Source of the DNA: an uncultured Bacteroidales bacterium
Lineage (GTDB): Bacteria > Bacteroidota > Bacteroidia > Bacteroidales > Bacteroidaceae
Length of the DNA stretch: 64,000 nt
Assembly (NCBI GenBank): GCA_902789725.1
Contig: CADAPC010000028.1
Location: 309-64,308 of the forward strand
Reading direction: 5' to 3'
In this document: positions 56,454 to 64,000 of the stretch, piece by piece
Position numbering within the stretch: position 1 is the first letter of the stretch
How the letters are laid out: every line of letters begins with the position of its first letter
Translations under genes and position numbers: made by a program
Notes under the pieces: generated by a model
Database searches by the model: none
The model's input: only the letters and a program-made list of their open reading frames with translations
Told to the model about the DNA's origin: nothing

Positions 56454-56849
56454 TTAATAAACATAGCAAAGAACTTCTCCACCCACCTTCAGGTCGGCAG
56501 CTTCTTTGTCTGTCATAACACCTCTGGATGTAGATACAACGGCTATACCTAATCCATTTATTACACGCGGCATGTCCTTGTAACCAGAATACTTGCGAAG
56601 ACCTGGACGAGAAACACGCTTCAAGCACTGAATAGCACTTACTTTTGTCTGAGGGTCATACTTCAGAGCGATTTTAATCGTCCCCTGAGGTCCCTCTTCA
56701 ATGAACTTGTAGTTCAAGATGTAACCTTTGTCGAAAAGAATCTTAGTGATTTCTTTCTTCAGGTTTGAGGCTGGAACTTCCACAATCTTGTGCTTCGCCA
56801 TGATTGCGTTTCTCAGTCTCGTGAGATAATCAGCTATTGGATCTGTCAT
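56454..56849 (-). CDS. rpsH: 30S ribosomal protein S8
   Basis: MTDPIADYLTRLRNAIMAKHKIVEVPAS...GGEVLCYVY. Confidence 0.95.
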   Translation of the reverse strand: MTDPIADYLTRLRNAIMAKHKIVEVPASNLKKEITKILFDKGYILNYKFIEEGPQGTIKIALKYDPQTKVSAIQCLKRVSRPGLRKYSGYKDMPRVINGLGIAVVSTSRGVMTDKEAADLKVGGEVLCYVY

Positions 56850-57079
56850 AATAGAATTAAATTAATCGGGAAATGTTTGGGGAAATCCCGACAATATTTA
56901 AATATGAATTAAAACTTACTCTTTACTTAGCTTTTCCAGCGAAGAAACTTAGTTCGGCTGAACTGTTTTCCTCCACCGTTTCTTAGAAGCAAAGTATCCT
57001 TTGGTTACCCCCGAACTGGTAACCATCAGATTTTTGTTTACTAATACCGAAGCTGGTAACCGCAATTTTTACCAGCTTG
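56850..57079 (-). promoter_or_regulatory. unusually long (about 220 nt) structured spacer between rpsN and rpsH
   Basis: A 10-bp hairpin spans the rpsN stop: AAGCTGGTAA (57051-57060) pairs with TTACCAGCTT (57070-57079). A second hairpin is GGTTACC....GGTAACC (about 57003-57024). GGTTACCAG(C)TTCGG occurs twice as a direct repeat on the mRNA strand. TCGGGA...TCCCGA lies at about 56865-56890. Confidence 0.4.
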
Positions 57080-57371
57080 CTTTCTTAACTCCTGGGATCA
57101 AACCAGCAGATGCCATCTCGCGGAACTGGATACGAGAGAGTCCAAACTGACGCATGAAACCTCTTGGACGTCCAGTGATCTTGCAGCGGTTATGAAGGCG
57201 GATTGGATTTGCATTCGCTGGAATTGCCTGCAGAGAACGAGCTGCCTCATAGGCTTCCATCGGATCATTTGATGTAGCAATAACCTTCTTCAAAGCTGCA
57301 CGCTTGGCGGCATACTTTGCCACGAGTTTTGCACGCTTCACCTCGCGTGCTTTCATTGATTCCTTTGCCAT
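57069..57371 (-). CDS. rpsN: 30S ribosomal protein S14
   Basis: [20 protein letters not shown]...[43 protein letters not shown]. Confidence 0.95.
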   Translation of the reverse strand: MAKESMKAREVKRAKLVAKYAAKRAALKKVIATSNDPMEAYEAARSLQAIPANANPIRLHNRCKITGRPRGFMRQFGLSRIQFREMASAGLIPGVKKASW

Positions 57372-57379
57372 TTTCTATC

Positions 57380-57934
57380 TTACTTTTTAGCGTCCTTAAA
57401 TGGAAGACCGAAAGCTTTGAGAAGTGCATACCCCTCTTCGTCAGTCTTGGCAGAAGTCACGAAAGTGATGTTCATACCAGTAATCTTGTCAACCTGGTCA
57501 ATGTTAATCTCTGGGAAGATAATCTGCTCAGTAATACCGAGCGTGTAGTTGCCACGGCCGTCAAACTTCGACTCGATACCTTTAAAGTCACGGATACGAG
57601 GGAGTGATACGCGAATCAACTTCTCCAGGAACTCGTACATACGCTCACGGCGAAGTGTCACCATCACGCCTATGGGCATCGACTTACGAAGACGGAAGTT
57701 AGAGATATCCTTTTTTGACTTTGTTGCCACAGGTTTCTGGCCAGTAATCTGCGCAATCTCGTTCATAGCCACCTCAATGACCTTTTTATCAGCCGTAGCC
57801 ATACCGAGACCTTGGTTCACCACAATCTTCTTCAACACAGGAATCTGCATAGGTGAAGTGTAGTTGAACTGCTTCATCAATGCCGGAGCAATCTGCTCAG
57901 CATATACTTGTTTCAGTTGTGCGGTAGTACTCAT
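57380..57934 (-). CDS. rplE: 50S ribosomal protein L5
   Basis: ...[14 protein letters not shown]...[17 protein letters not shown]. Confidence 0.95.
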   Translation of the reverse strand: MSTTAQLKQVYAEQIAPALMKQFNYTSPMQIPVLKKIVVNQGLGMATADKKVIEVAMNEIAQITGQKPVATKSKKDISNFRLRKSMPIGVMVTLRRERMYEFLEKLIRVSLPRIRDFKGIESKFDGRGNYTLGITEQIIFPEINIDQVDKITGMNITFVTSAKTDEEGYALLKAFGLPFKDAKK

Positions 57935-58252
57935 TTATAATTCCTCCCCTGATTTTTTAGCGTAACGAACTAACTTTCCATTCTCACCCATCTTGCGACC
58001 AATACGAGTAGGCTTGCCAGTCTTTGGATCGATGACATTCAGGTTTGAGATATGGATAGGAGCCTCCTGCTCAACAATACCTCCTTGTGGGTGTGCAGCA
58101 CTTGGCTTGGTACTCTTCTTGACCATGTTCACACCCTCGACAATGGCGCGCTTCTTCTCAACGAGGACCTTGGTGACCTTACCGGTCTTACCCTTGTCAT
58201 CGCCAGCATTCACATACACCATGTCGCCTTTCTTAATATGTAATTTACTCAT
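57935..58252 (-). CDS. rplX: 50S ribosomal protein L24
   Basis: [30 protein letters not shown] (KOW motif). Confidence 0.95.
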   Translation of the reverse strand: MSKLHIKKGDMVYVNAGDDKGKTGKVTKVLVEKKRAIVEGVNMVKKSTKPSAAHPQGGIVEQEAPIHISNLNVIDPKTGKPTRIGRKMGENGKLVRYAKKSGEEL

Positions 58253-58272
58253 TGCTGTGATACTTTTAATGA

Positions 58273-58638
58273 TTAAAGCACTTCGGTAGCCAAAGAAACC
58301 ACCTTCATGTTTGCAGCACGGAGTTCACGAGCGACGGGACCAAAAATACGGCTACCTCTCATTTCGCCAGCATTGTTCAAGAGAACACATGCATTGTCAT
58401 CGAAACGAATGTATGAACCGTCCGGACGACGAATCTCCTTCTTGGTACGTACAATCAGAGCCTTAGAGACAGAACCCTTCTTTACTTCACTCGTAGGAAT
58501 AGCACTCTTTACTGCTACGACAATCACGTCACCTACTGTAGCATAGCGACGTCTTGTACCGCCTAAAACGCGGATACAGAGCACTTCGCGTGCGCCGCTG
58601 TTATCAGCGACTTGCAATCTTGATTCTACCTGTATCAT
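58273..58638 (-). CDS. rplN: 50S ribosomal protein L14
   Basis: [27 protein letters not shown]... Confidence 0.95.
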   Translation of the reverse strand: MIQVESRLQVADNSGAREVLCIRVLGGTRRRYATVGDVIVVAVKSAIPTSEVKKGSVSKALIVRTKKEIRRPDGSYIRFDDNACVLLNNAGEMRGSRIFGPVARELRAANMKVVSLATEVL

Positions 58639-58640
58639 AA

Positions 58641-58898
58641 TTACTTAGCTCTTTCAACGATTTGTACTAATCTCCATCTCTTTGTTTTGCTCAACGGGCG
58701 AGTTTCCATGATGAGGACAGTGTCACCAATGTGTGCATCATTTTTCTCATCGTGAGCATGGTACTTCTTTGTCTTCTGGACAAATTTACCATATATAGGG
58801 TGCTTCTCCTTGAACTTGGCAGATACAACGATGGTCTTGTCCATCTTGTCGCTTGTTACGACACCCTGTCTTTGTTTTCTCAAATTTCTTGCTTCCAT
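58641..58898 (-). CDS. rpsQ: 30S ribosomal protein S17
   Basis: [25 protein letters not shown]...[21 protein letters not shown]. The track ORF starts two codons earlier, at 58904. Confidence 0.93.
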   Translation of the reverse strand: MEARNLRKQRQGVVTSDKMDKTIVVSAKFKEKHPIYGKFVQKTKKYHAHDEKNDAHIGDTVLIMETRPLSKTKRWRLVQIVERAK

Positions 58899-58908
58899 TC
58901 TCAATACT

Positions 58909-59097
58909 TTATTTATTACGTTGAGTAAGCTCGCCCTTCATACGTGCGATGTCGTGACGCAACTTCTTAATCTGAGAATTGTCGGCAAGCGGAGAAATGC
59001 TGTGGTTGAACTTCATGTTGTTCAAGTTTGCCACCTCCACCTCGATGCGCTCAGCGAGCTCTTCGTTAGTAAGTTCTCTAATTTCTGAAATTTTCAT
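58909..59097 (-). CDS. rpmC: 50S ribosomal protein L29
   Basis: [32 protein letters not shown]... Confidence 0.93.
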   Translation of the reverse strand: MKISEIRELTNEELAERIEVEVANLNNMKFNHSISPLADNSQIKKLRHDIARMKGELTQRNK

Positions 59098-59099
59098 AA

Positions 59100-59531
59100 T
59101 TAAGCGTTTTTATCGTAATCACGACGTACAACAAACTTTGTGGTAGTAGGAAGTTTCTGTGCACCCAGTCGGAGAGCCTCCTTAGCGATGTCGTAAGAAA
59201 CACCTTCAATCTCGAAAAGAATACGGCCTGGTTTTGCAGGGAACACATACTGATATGGGTCACCCTTACCTTTACCCATTCGGACGTCAGCAGGCTTCTT
59301 GGTGATAGGCTTATCAGGGAAGATGCGAATCCAAACTTGACCTTGACGCTGCATGTAACGCGTGATAGCAACACGGGCAGCCTCGATTTGACGTGCAGAA
59401 ATCCATTTCGTCTCGAGTGCCTTTATACCAAAGCTGCCAAACGCCAACTCAGTACCTCTGTGTGAGACACCTTTCCAACGACCGCGACCTTTTTGCGGTC
59501 TTCTATATTTTTGTCTTTTTGGCTGTAACAT
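59100..59531 (-). CDS. rplP: 50S ribosomal protein L16
   Basis: [16 protein letters not shown]...[15 protein letters not shown]...MGKGKG. Confidence 0.95.
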   Translation of the reverse strand: MLQPKRQKYRRPQKGRGRWKGVSHRGTELAFGSFGIKALETKWISARQIEAARVAITRYMQRQGQVWIRIFPDKPITKKPADVRMGKGKGDPYQYVFPAKPGRILFEIEGVSYDIAKEALRLGAQKLPTTTKFVVRRDYDKNA

Positions 59532-59599
59532 AGTAAATGTCTTCTAAATGTTGCGCCGTTTCTTGGAATGCTCCAATTATCGGACTACAACCCAATTAA

Positions 59600-60331
59600 T
59601 TAATTGCGGTTATTTGGCTTTCTGTTTCTGAAACGACGTCCGCCACCGTTGTTGCCTCCGCGACCCGTTTCTTTCGGCTGAGAGAAATTAGGAGTCAGGT
59701 CTTGCTTGCCAAACTTCTCACCGCGGCAAATCCAAACCTTGATTCCGAGGAGGCCCACCTTCGTGAGAGCCTCAGCAAGGCAGTAGTCGATGTCAGCGCG
59801 CAGTGTGTGGAGAGGAGTACGTCCTTCCTTATACATTTCCGAGCGGCTCATTTCAGCACCGTTCAGACGTCCAGAGATTTGTACTTTGATACCTTCAGCG
59901 CCAGAGCGCATTGTGTTGGCGATAGCAGTCTTGATAGCGCGACGGTAAGCAATCTTACCCTCAATCTGACGTGCGATGTTGTTGGCAACAATCACAGCGT
60001 CAAGCTCAGGGCGCTTAATCTCATAGATGTTAATCTGAATCTCTTTATCGGTCACCTTCTTCAGCTCTTTCTTCAGAGCTTCCACCTGCTCGCCGCCCTT
60101 GCCAATGATAAATCCCGGACGTGCTGTGCAGATAGTGATGGTTACGAGCTTCAGCGTGCGCTCAATCACAATTTTAGAAACACTTGCCTTTGCCAGGCGA
60201 GCATTGAGGTACTTGCGGATTTTGCTGTCCTCGAGGAGGTTGTCACCAAAATCATTTCCGCCGAACCAGTTAGAATCCCAGCCTCTCACAATGCCGAGGC
60301 GGTTGCTTATTGGATTACATTTTTGTCCCAT
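59600..60331 (-). CDS. rpsC: 30S ribosomal protein S3
   Basis: [24 protein letters not shown]... KH domain, with a G/R/N-rich tail. Confidence 0.95.
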   Translation of the reverse strand: MGQKCNPISNRLGIVRGWDSNWFGGNDFGDNLLEDSKIRKYLNARLAKASVSKIVIERTLKLVTITICTARPGFIIGKGGEQVEALKKELKKVTDKEIQINIYEIKRPELDAVIVANNIARQIEGKIAYRRAIKTAIANTMRSGAEGIKVQISGRLNGAEMSRSEMYKEGRTPLHTLRADIDYCLAEALTKVGLLGIKVWICRGEKFGKQDLTPNFSQPKETGRGGNNGGGRRFRNRKPNNRN

Positions 60332-60333
60332 AA

Positions 60334-60738
60334 TTAGTTTTCTTCATTAGTTTTAGCGTCCACGAAGATGGTGATGTGGTTTGAACGCTTGCGGATTCTG
60401 TAACCACGTCCCTGAGGTGCTGGTCTCATACGCTTGAGAGTAGCGCCTTCGTCAACAAAAATCTTAGAGATATAGAGTTCTCCGTTTTCAGCCTTGCGGT
60501 CATTCTTCTGCTCCCAGTTGGCAATAGCAGAACGAAGCACCTTCTCGATGTCCTTGGCAGCATTCTTGCTGTTGAACTTGAGCGTTGCAAGAGCCTTGCT
60601 CACTTCCATGCCCCTCACAAGATCTGCTACGTAGCGCATCTTGCGTGGCGATGAAGGAACATCGCGAAGACTGGCGAAGTAAACCGTCTTTTTGGCCTCT
60701 TTAATCTTCTCGGCCATTAATCTTTTTCTTGCTCCCAT
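60334..60738 (-). CDS. rplV: 50S ribosomal protein L22
   Basis: ...[25 protein letters not shown]...[20 protein letters not shown]. Confidence 0.95.
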   Translation of the reverse strand: MGARKRLMAEKIKEAKKTVYFASLRDVPSSPRKMRYVADLVRGMEVSKALATLKFNSKNAAKDIEKVLRSAIANWEQKNDRKAENGELYISKIFVDEGATLKRMRPAPQGRGYRIRKRSNHITIFVDAKTNEEN

Positions 60739-60780
60739 TATATAATAGTCTTTTTTACTTGGTTGAAGCCTGTTCTACAA

Positions 60781-61050
60781 TTACTTCTTCTTGTTACCTG
60801 CGTGACCGCGGAAAGTACGAGTAAGTGCAAACTCACCGAGTTTATGGCCTACCATATTTTCAGTAATGTAAACAGGGATAAATTTATTACCGTTATGCAC
60901 TGCAATGGTATGACCAACGAAGTCGGGCGATATCATTGAAGCGCGAGCCCATGACTTGATAACACTCTTCTTTCCGCTCTCGTTCATGGCGAGAACCTTC
61001 TTTTCGAGCTTCACATTGATGTATGGACCTTTTTTTAATGAACGACTCAT
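60781..61050 (-). CDS. rpsS: 30S ribosomal protein S19
   Basis: [19 protein letters not shown]...[39 protein letters not shown]. Confidence 0.95.
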   Translation of the reverse strand: MSRSLKKGPYINVKLEKKVLAMNESGKKSVIKSWARASMISPDFVGHTIAVHNGNKFIPVYITENMVGHKLGEFALTRTFRGHAGNKKK

Positions 61051-61062
61051 ATTCAGTTAACT

Positions 61063-61887
61063 TTATTTGTTACGTCTTTCAATAATGTACTTGTTTGACT
61101 GCTTCTTAGGCGCACGAGTCTTGAGACCCTTTGCGTAGAGGCCGTTGCGTGAACGTGGGTGTCCACCAGTGTGACGTCCTTCACCACCACCCATTGGGTG
61201 ATCAATTGGGTTCATGACAACACCGCGGTTGTGAGGACGACGTCCGAGCCATCGGCTGCGACCTGCCTTACCTGAAGATTCAAGCGCGTGGTCAGAGTTA
61301 CTTACGCTACCGATTGTGGCACGGCAAACTGAAAGCACCTTACGAATTTCGCCTGAAGGGAGCTTGATGACACAGTAGCGACCTTCACGTGAAGTTAACT
61401 GAGCGAAATTGCCGGCAGAGCGAACCATCTTGGCTCCCTGTCCAGGACGCAGTTCGATATTGTGGATGACAGTACCGACTGGAATGTTCTCGAGCGGGAG
61501 TGTGTTGCCGAGGTCGGGAGTAGCTTCCGGACCCGACATGATAGTAGCACCTACCTTCAATCCGTTAGGAGCAACAATGTAACGTTTTTCACCGTCAGCA
61601 TAGAAGACGAGGGCGATACGAGCCGAACGGTTAGGATCGTACTCGATAGTCTTCACTACTGCAGGAATTCCGTCTTTTTCTCTCTTGAAATCGACGATAC
61701 GAATCAAGCGCTTGTGACCACCACCTCTGTAGCGGACTGAAATCTGGCCTGAGTTATCACGGCCGCCAGTGCTGCGCTTACCGAAAACAAGAGTTTTCTC
61801 TGGTACCGATGTAGTAACATCATCAAAAGTACCAATAGCTTTGTGTCTTTGACCAGGTGTTACCGGTCTAAATTTACGAATACCCAT
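61063..61887 (-). CDS. rplB: 50S ribosomal protein L2
   Basis: [16 protein letters not shown]...[18 protein letters not shown]. Confidence 0.95.
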   Translation of the reverse strand: MGIRKFRPVTPGQRHKAIGTFDDVTTSVPEKTLVFGKRSTGGRDNSGQISVRYRGGGHKRLIRIVDFKREKDGIPAVVKTIEYDPNRSARIALVFYADGEKRYIVAPNGLKVGATIMSGPEATPDLGNTLPLENIPVGTVIHNIELRPGQGAKMVRSAGNFAQLTSREGRYCVIKLPSGEIRKVLSVCRATIGSVSNSDHALESSGKAGRSRWLGRRPHNRGVVMNPIDHPMGGGEGRHTGGHPRSRNGLYAKGLKTRAPKKQSNKYIIERRNK

Positions 61888-61895
61888 TTGTTTAA

Positions 61896-62189
61896 TTAAA
61901 TGTTACTATAGAAATCAATCGTTTCACCTTCTTTCAGGGTCACGATAGCCTTTTTGAAAGCTTTTGTGCGGCCCTTGATCACACCAGCCCTTGTGTAACG
62001 GCTCTTACGCTTACCAGCGTAGTTCATGGTGTTTACTGAAACTACATTTACGTTATACTTAGCTTCTATCTCTTTCTTTATTTCAATCTTATTGGCAGAA
62101 GGAAGCACAATGAAGCCGAACTTGTTGTTCTGCTTCTCTGAAAGGGCTGTCATCTTCTCTGTAACCAATGGTTTTACGATATATGCCAT
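61896..62189 (-). CDS. rplW: 50S ribosomal protein L23
   Basis: [28 protein letters not shown]... Confidence 0.93.
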   Translation of the reverse strand: MAYIVKPLVTEKMTALSEKQNNKFGFIVLPSANKIEIKKEIEAKYNVNVVSVNTMNYAGKRKSRYTRAGVIKGRTKAFKKAIVTLKEGETIDFYSNI

Positions 62190-62201
62190 GTCTGTACCTC
62201 C

Positions 62202-62831
62202 TTATTTGTTAAATGTTTCGTCCACCAACTTGAGCGCATTTTCAGTTACGACAAGCACATTTGCATTCATTACTTTGTACGTATTGAGTGCACTGGCCGT
62301 CATCACTTCAACTCGCTGAATGTTACGGACTGACAAATTTACGTTCTTTTTTACTTCTGGCAAAACGATGAGTGTCTTCTTGCCCTCAACTTTAAGATTA
62401 TTTAACAAAGCAACGCCCTCTTTTGTCTTTGGAGCCTCAAAATCAAAGTCTTCAACGACAACAATGGCATTTTGCTGAGCCTTGTAAGAGAGAGCACTCT
62501 TGCGAGCAAGATTCTTCACCTTTTTGTTCAGTTTGAACCAGTAGTCACGAGGACGAGGGCCGAACACGCGACCACCTCCACGGAGAACAGGAGACTTGAT
62601 GTCGCCACGGCGAGCACCGCCACCACCCTTCTGACGGATGAGTTTGCGAGTAGAGCCAGCGATTTCGCTTCTTTCCTTAGATTTGTGAGTACCCTGACGC
62701 TGAGCGGCGAGGTACTGATTCACTGCGAGGTAGATACAGTGATCGTTAGGTTCAATTCCGAAGATTGCATCGTTCAGAACCACCTTCTTACCAGTGTCCT
62801 CGCCCTTGATATTTAATACAGAAACTTCCAT
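62202..62831 (-). CDS. rplD: 50S ribosomal protein L4
   Basis: [31 protein letters not shown]...[31 protein letters not shown]. Confidence 0.95.
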   Translation of the reverse strand: MEVSVLNIKGEDTGKKVVLNDAIFGIEPNDHCIYLAVNQYLAAQRQGTHKSKERSEIAGSTRKLIRQKGGGGARRGDIKSPVLRGGGRVFGPRPRDYWFKLNKKVKNLARKSALSYKAQQNAIVVVEDFDFEAPKTKEGVALLNNLKVEGKKTLIVLPEVKKNVNLSVRNIQRVEVMTASALNTYKVMNANVLVVTENALKLVDETFNK

Positions 62832-63373
62832 TGCTTACTTCTTGTAATCTGCAGGTTGTGTGTAGTCACCTGCTCGTTGCCCATCTGTCCGCCCATAGGC
62901 ACGTTTTTGAACACACGAGAAGGAGTTGCACAAGCACCGATTGAACCGGGCTTACGCAGACGGTCGTCCTGACCGTGAGTGGACTGACCTACACCACCGA
63001 ATCCGTGACGCTTCACCACGCCCTGAAATCCTTTACCCTTCGATGTACCTGTCACATCAACGTAAGCAGTGTCGTTGAAAAGTTCCACTGTGATTACATC
63101 ACCGAGATTGTGCTCTTCTTCATAAGTGAACTCGGCCAAGTGTCTCTTTGGTGTTGTACCTGCCTTCTGAAAGTGGCCCATCATGGGCTTCGAAGTGTGC
63201 TTTTCCTTCTTGTCCTGGAAGCCCACCTGCACAGCTGCATAGCCATCTTTCTCAACAGTTTTAATTTGAGTTACAACACAAGGACCTACTTCGATAACAG
63301 TGCATGGCATGTTCTTGCCCTCAGCACTGAAAACGGATGTCATTCCGACTTTTTTTCCAATTAATCCTGGCAT
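62813..63373 (-). CDS. rplC: 50S ribosomal protein L3 with an atypical, apparently truncated C-terminus (186 aa)
   Basis: [21 protein letters not shown]...[19 protein letters not shown]...[16 protein letters not shown] is canonical. The protein then ends [11 protein letters not shown] and overlaps rplD by 19 nt. The conserved ..NLLLVKG.VPG.. tail is absent. Confidence 0.8.
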   Translation of the reverse strand: MPGLIGKKVGMTSVFSAEGKNMPCTVIEVGPCVVTQIKTVEKDGYAAVQVGFQDKKEKHTSKPMMGHFQKAGTTPKRHLAEFTYEEEHNLGDVITVELFNDTAYVDVTGTSKGKGFQGVVKRHGFGGVGQSTHGQDDRLRKPGSIGACATPSRVFKNVPMGGQMGNEQVTTHNLQITRSKQWKFLY

Positions 63374-63405
63374 TTCAATATAACTTTAAATTGTTCTCTA
63401 ACCTA

Positions 63406-63714
63406 TCAAACCTTAATCTCGACCTCAACGCCGCTTGGAAGTTCCAGCTTCATGAGTGCATCCACTGTCTTGGTTGTAGAGCTGTAGATGTCAATCAGTC
63501 TCTTGAAAGTGCAGAGTTCAAACTGCTCACGAGACTTCTTGTTCACGAATGTAGAACGGTTAACTGTAAAGATGCGCTTGTGAGTTGGGAGTGGAATAGG
63601 TCCACTTACAATAGCGTCGGTAGCCTTCACAGCCTTCACGATTTTCTCTGCCGACTTATCCACGAGATTGTGGTCATAAGACTTCAGCTTGATACGAATC
63701 TTTTGTTGACTCAT
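63406..63714 (-). CDS. rpsJ: 30S ribosomal protein S10
   Basis: [26 protein letters not shown]...[25 protein letters not shown]. Confidence 0.95.
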   Translation of the reverse strand: MSQQKIRIKLKSYDHNLVDKSAEKIVKAVKATDAIVSGPIPLPTHKRIFTVNRSTFVNKKSREQFELCTFKRLIDIYSSTTKTVDALMKLELPSGVEVEIKV

Positions 63715-63764
63715 TTTTTTAATTAGTTTAAGTAATTAATATGTATATATAAGCAAGAGGGTAT

Positions 63765-63792
63765 GCAGGCAAAGAGTCGTTTGCTTGCCTGC
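63765..63792 (-). promoter_or_regulatory. hairpin in the fusA-rpsJ spacer
   Basis: GCAGGCAA (63765-63772) pairs with TTGCCTGC (63785-63792), with a 12-nt loop. Its function is unknown; it could be a terminator/attenuator or an S10-leader element. Confidence 0.3.
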
Positions 63793-63812
63793 ACCCCCTA
63801 ACTATTCTTTAT

Positions 63813-64000
63813 TTATACGAGATCTACGCGACCGTTGCACTCCTGCAGCACTGCTTTGGCAATGGTGGAAGAAACGGGAGCATGGTGATCATACTGCATG
63901 GACGAAGTGGCGCGACCAGAAGTGATGGTGCGCAGAGCTGTTACGTAACCGAACATTTCGCCCAGCGGAACCATTGCCTTCACGATGCGAGCGCCAGAGC
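63813..64000 (-). CDS. fusA: elongation factor G, 3' end (partial; continues beyond the window)
   Basis: The reverse complement reads ...[60 protein letters not shown], a typical EF-G domain V/C-terminus. Confidence 0.85.
   Translation of the reverse strand, partial: SGARIVKAMVPLGEMFGYVTALRTITSGRATSSMQYDHHAPVSSTIAKAVLQECNGRVDLV

Overview
The window reads as a Bacteroidota chromosome segment, probably Bacteroidales and Prevotella-like. Evidence: SusC/SusD pairs, a T9SS C-terminal sorting domain, TAnnTTTG-type promoter boxes, and Bacteroides-like ribosomal protein sequences. Layout from left to right: (1) 0-15.3 kb holds housekeeping and envelope genes: an MscS-like channel, a GH43-like hydrolase, a MORN-PrsW-outer-membrane-barrel operon, ispD, a DJ-1 family gene, exbB-exbD-tonB, nadK and an ABC exporter. 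(2) 15.3-16.1 kb is a repeat-dense noncoding block. (3) 16.1-25.06 kb is a defence island built as one tightly packed plus-strand operon: XRE HTH, hsdM, a DUF1016 N-domain-only gene, hsdS, an ABC-type ATPase, a 221-aa orphan protein and hsdR, followed by a truncated AbiH-like remnant. (4) 25.0-28.0 kb encodes a receiver-domain/PEP-pyruvate-binding (ATP-grasp) protein. (5) 28.2-45.8 kb is an atypical polysaccharide-utilisation-like locus with two SusC/SusD pairs interleaved with three fasciclin-domain lipoproteins. A GH43 arabinanase-like gene and a small T9SS-sorted protein lie just upstream of it. (6) 48.8-64.0 kb carries the S10-spc-alpha ribosomal protein cluster, from the fusA 3' end through rpsJ to rpoA and rplQ. 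The best candidate for an undescribed system is the AT-rich two-gene cassette (ABC/SMC-like ATPase plus orphan 221-aa protein) between hsdS and hsdR, the slot that prrC occupies in the E. coli prr locus. Two essential genes look shorter than their canonical forms and need checking: rpoA (internal gap) and rplC (missing C-terminus). All calls rest on reading the translations and DNA by eye. No database or HMM search was possible.
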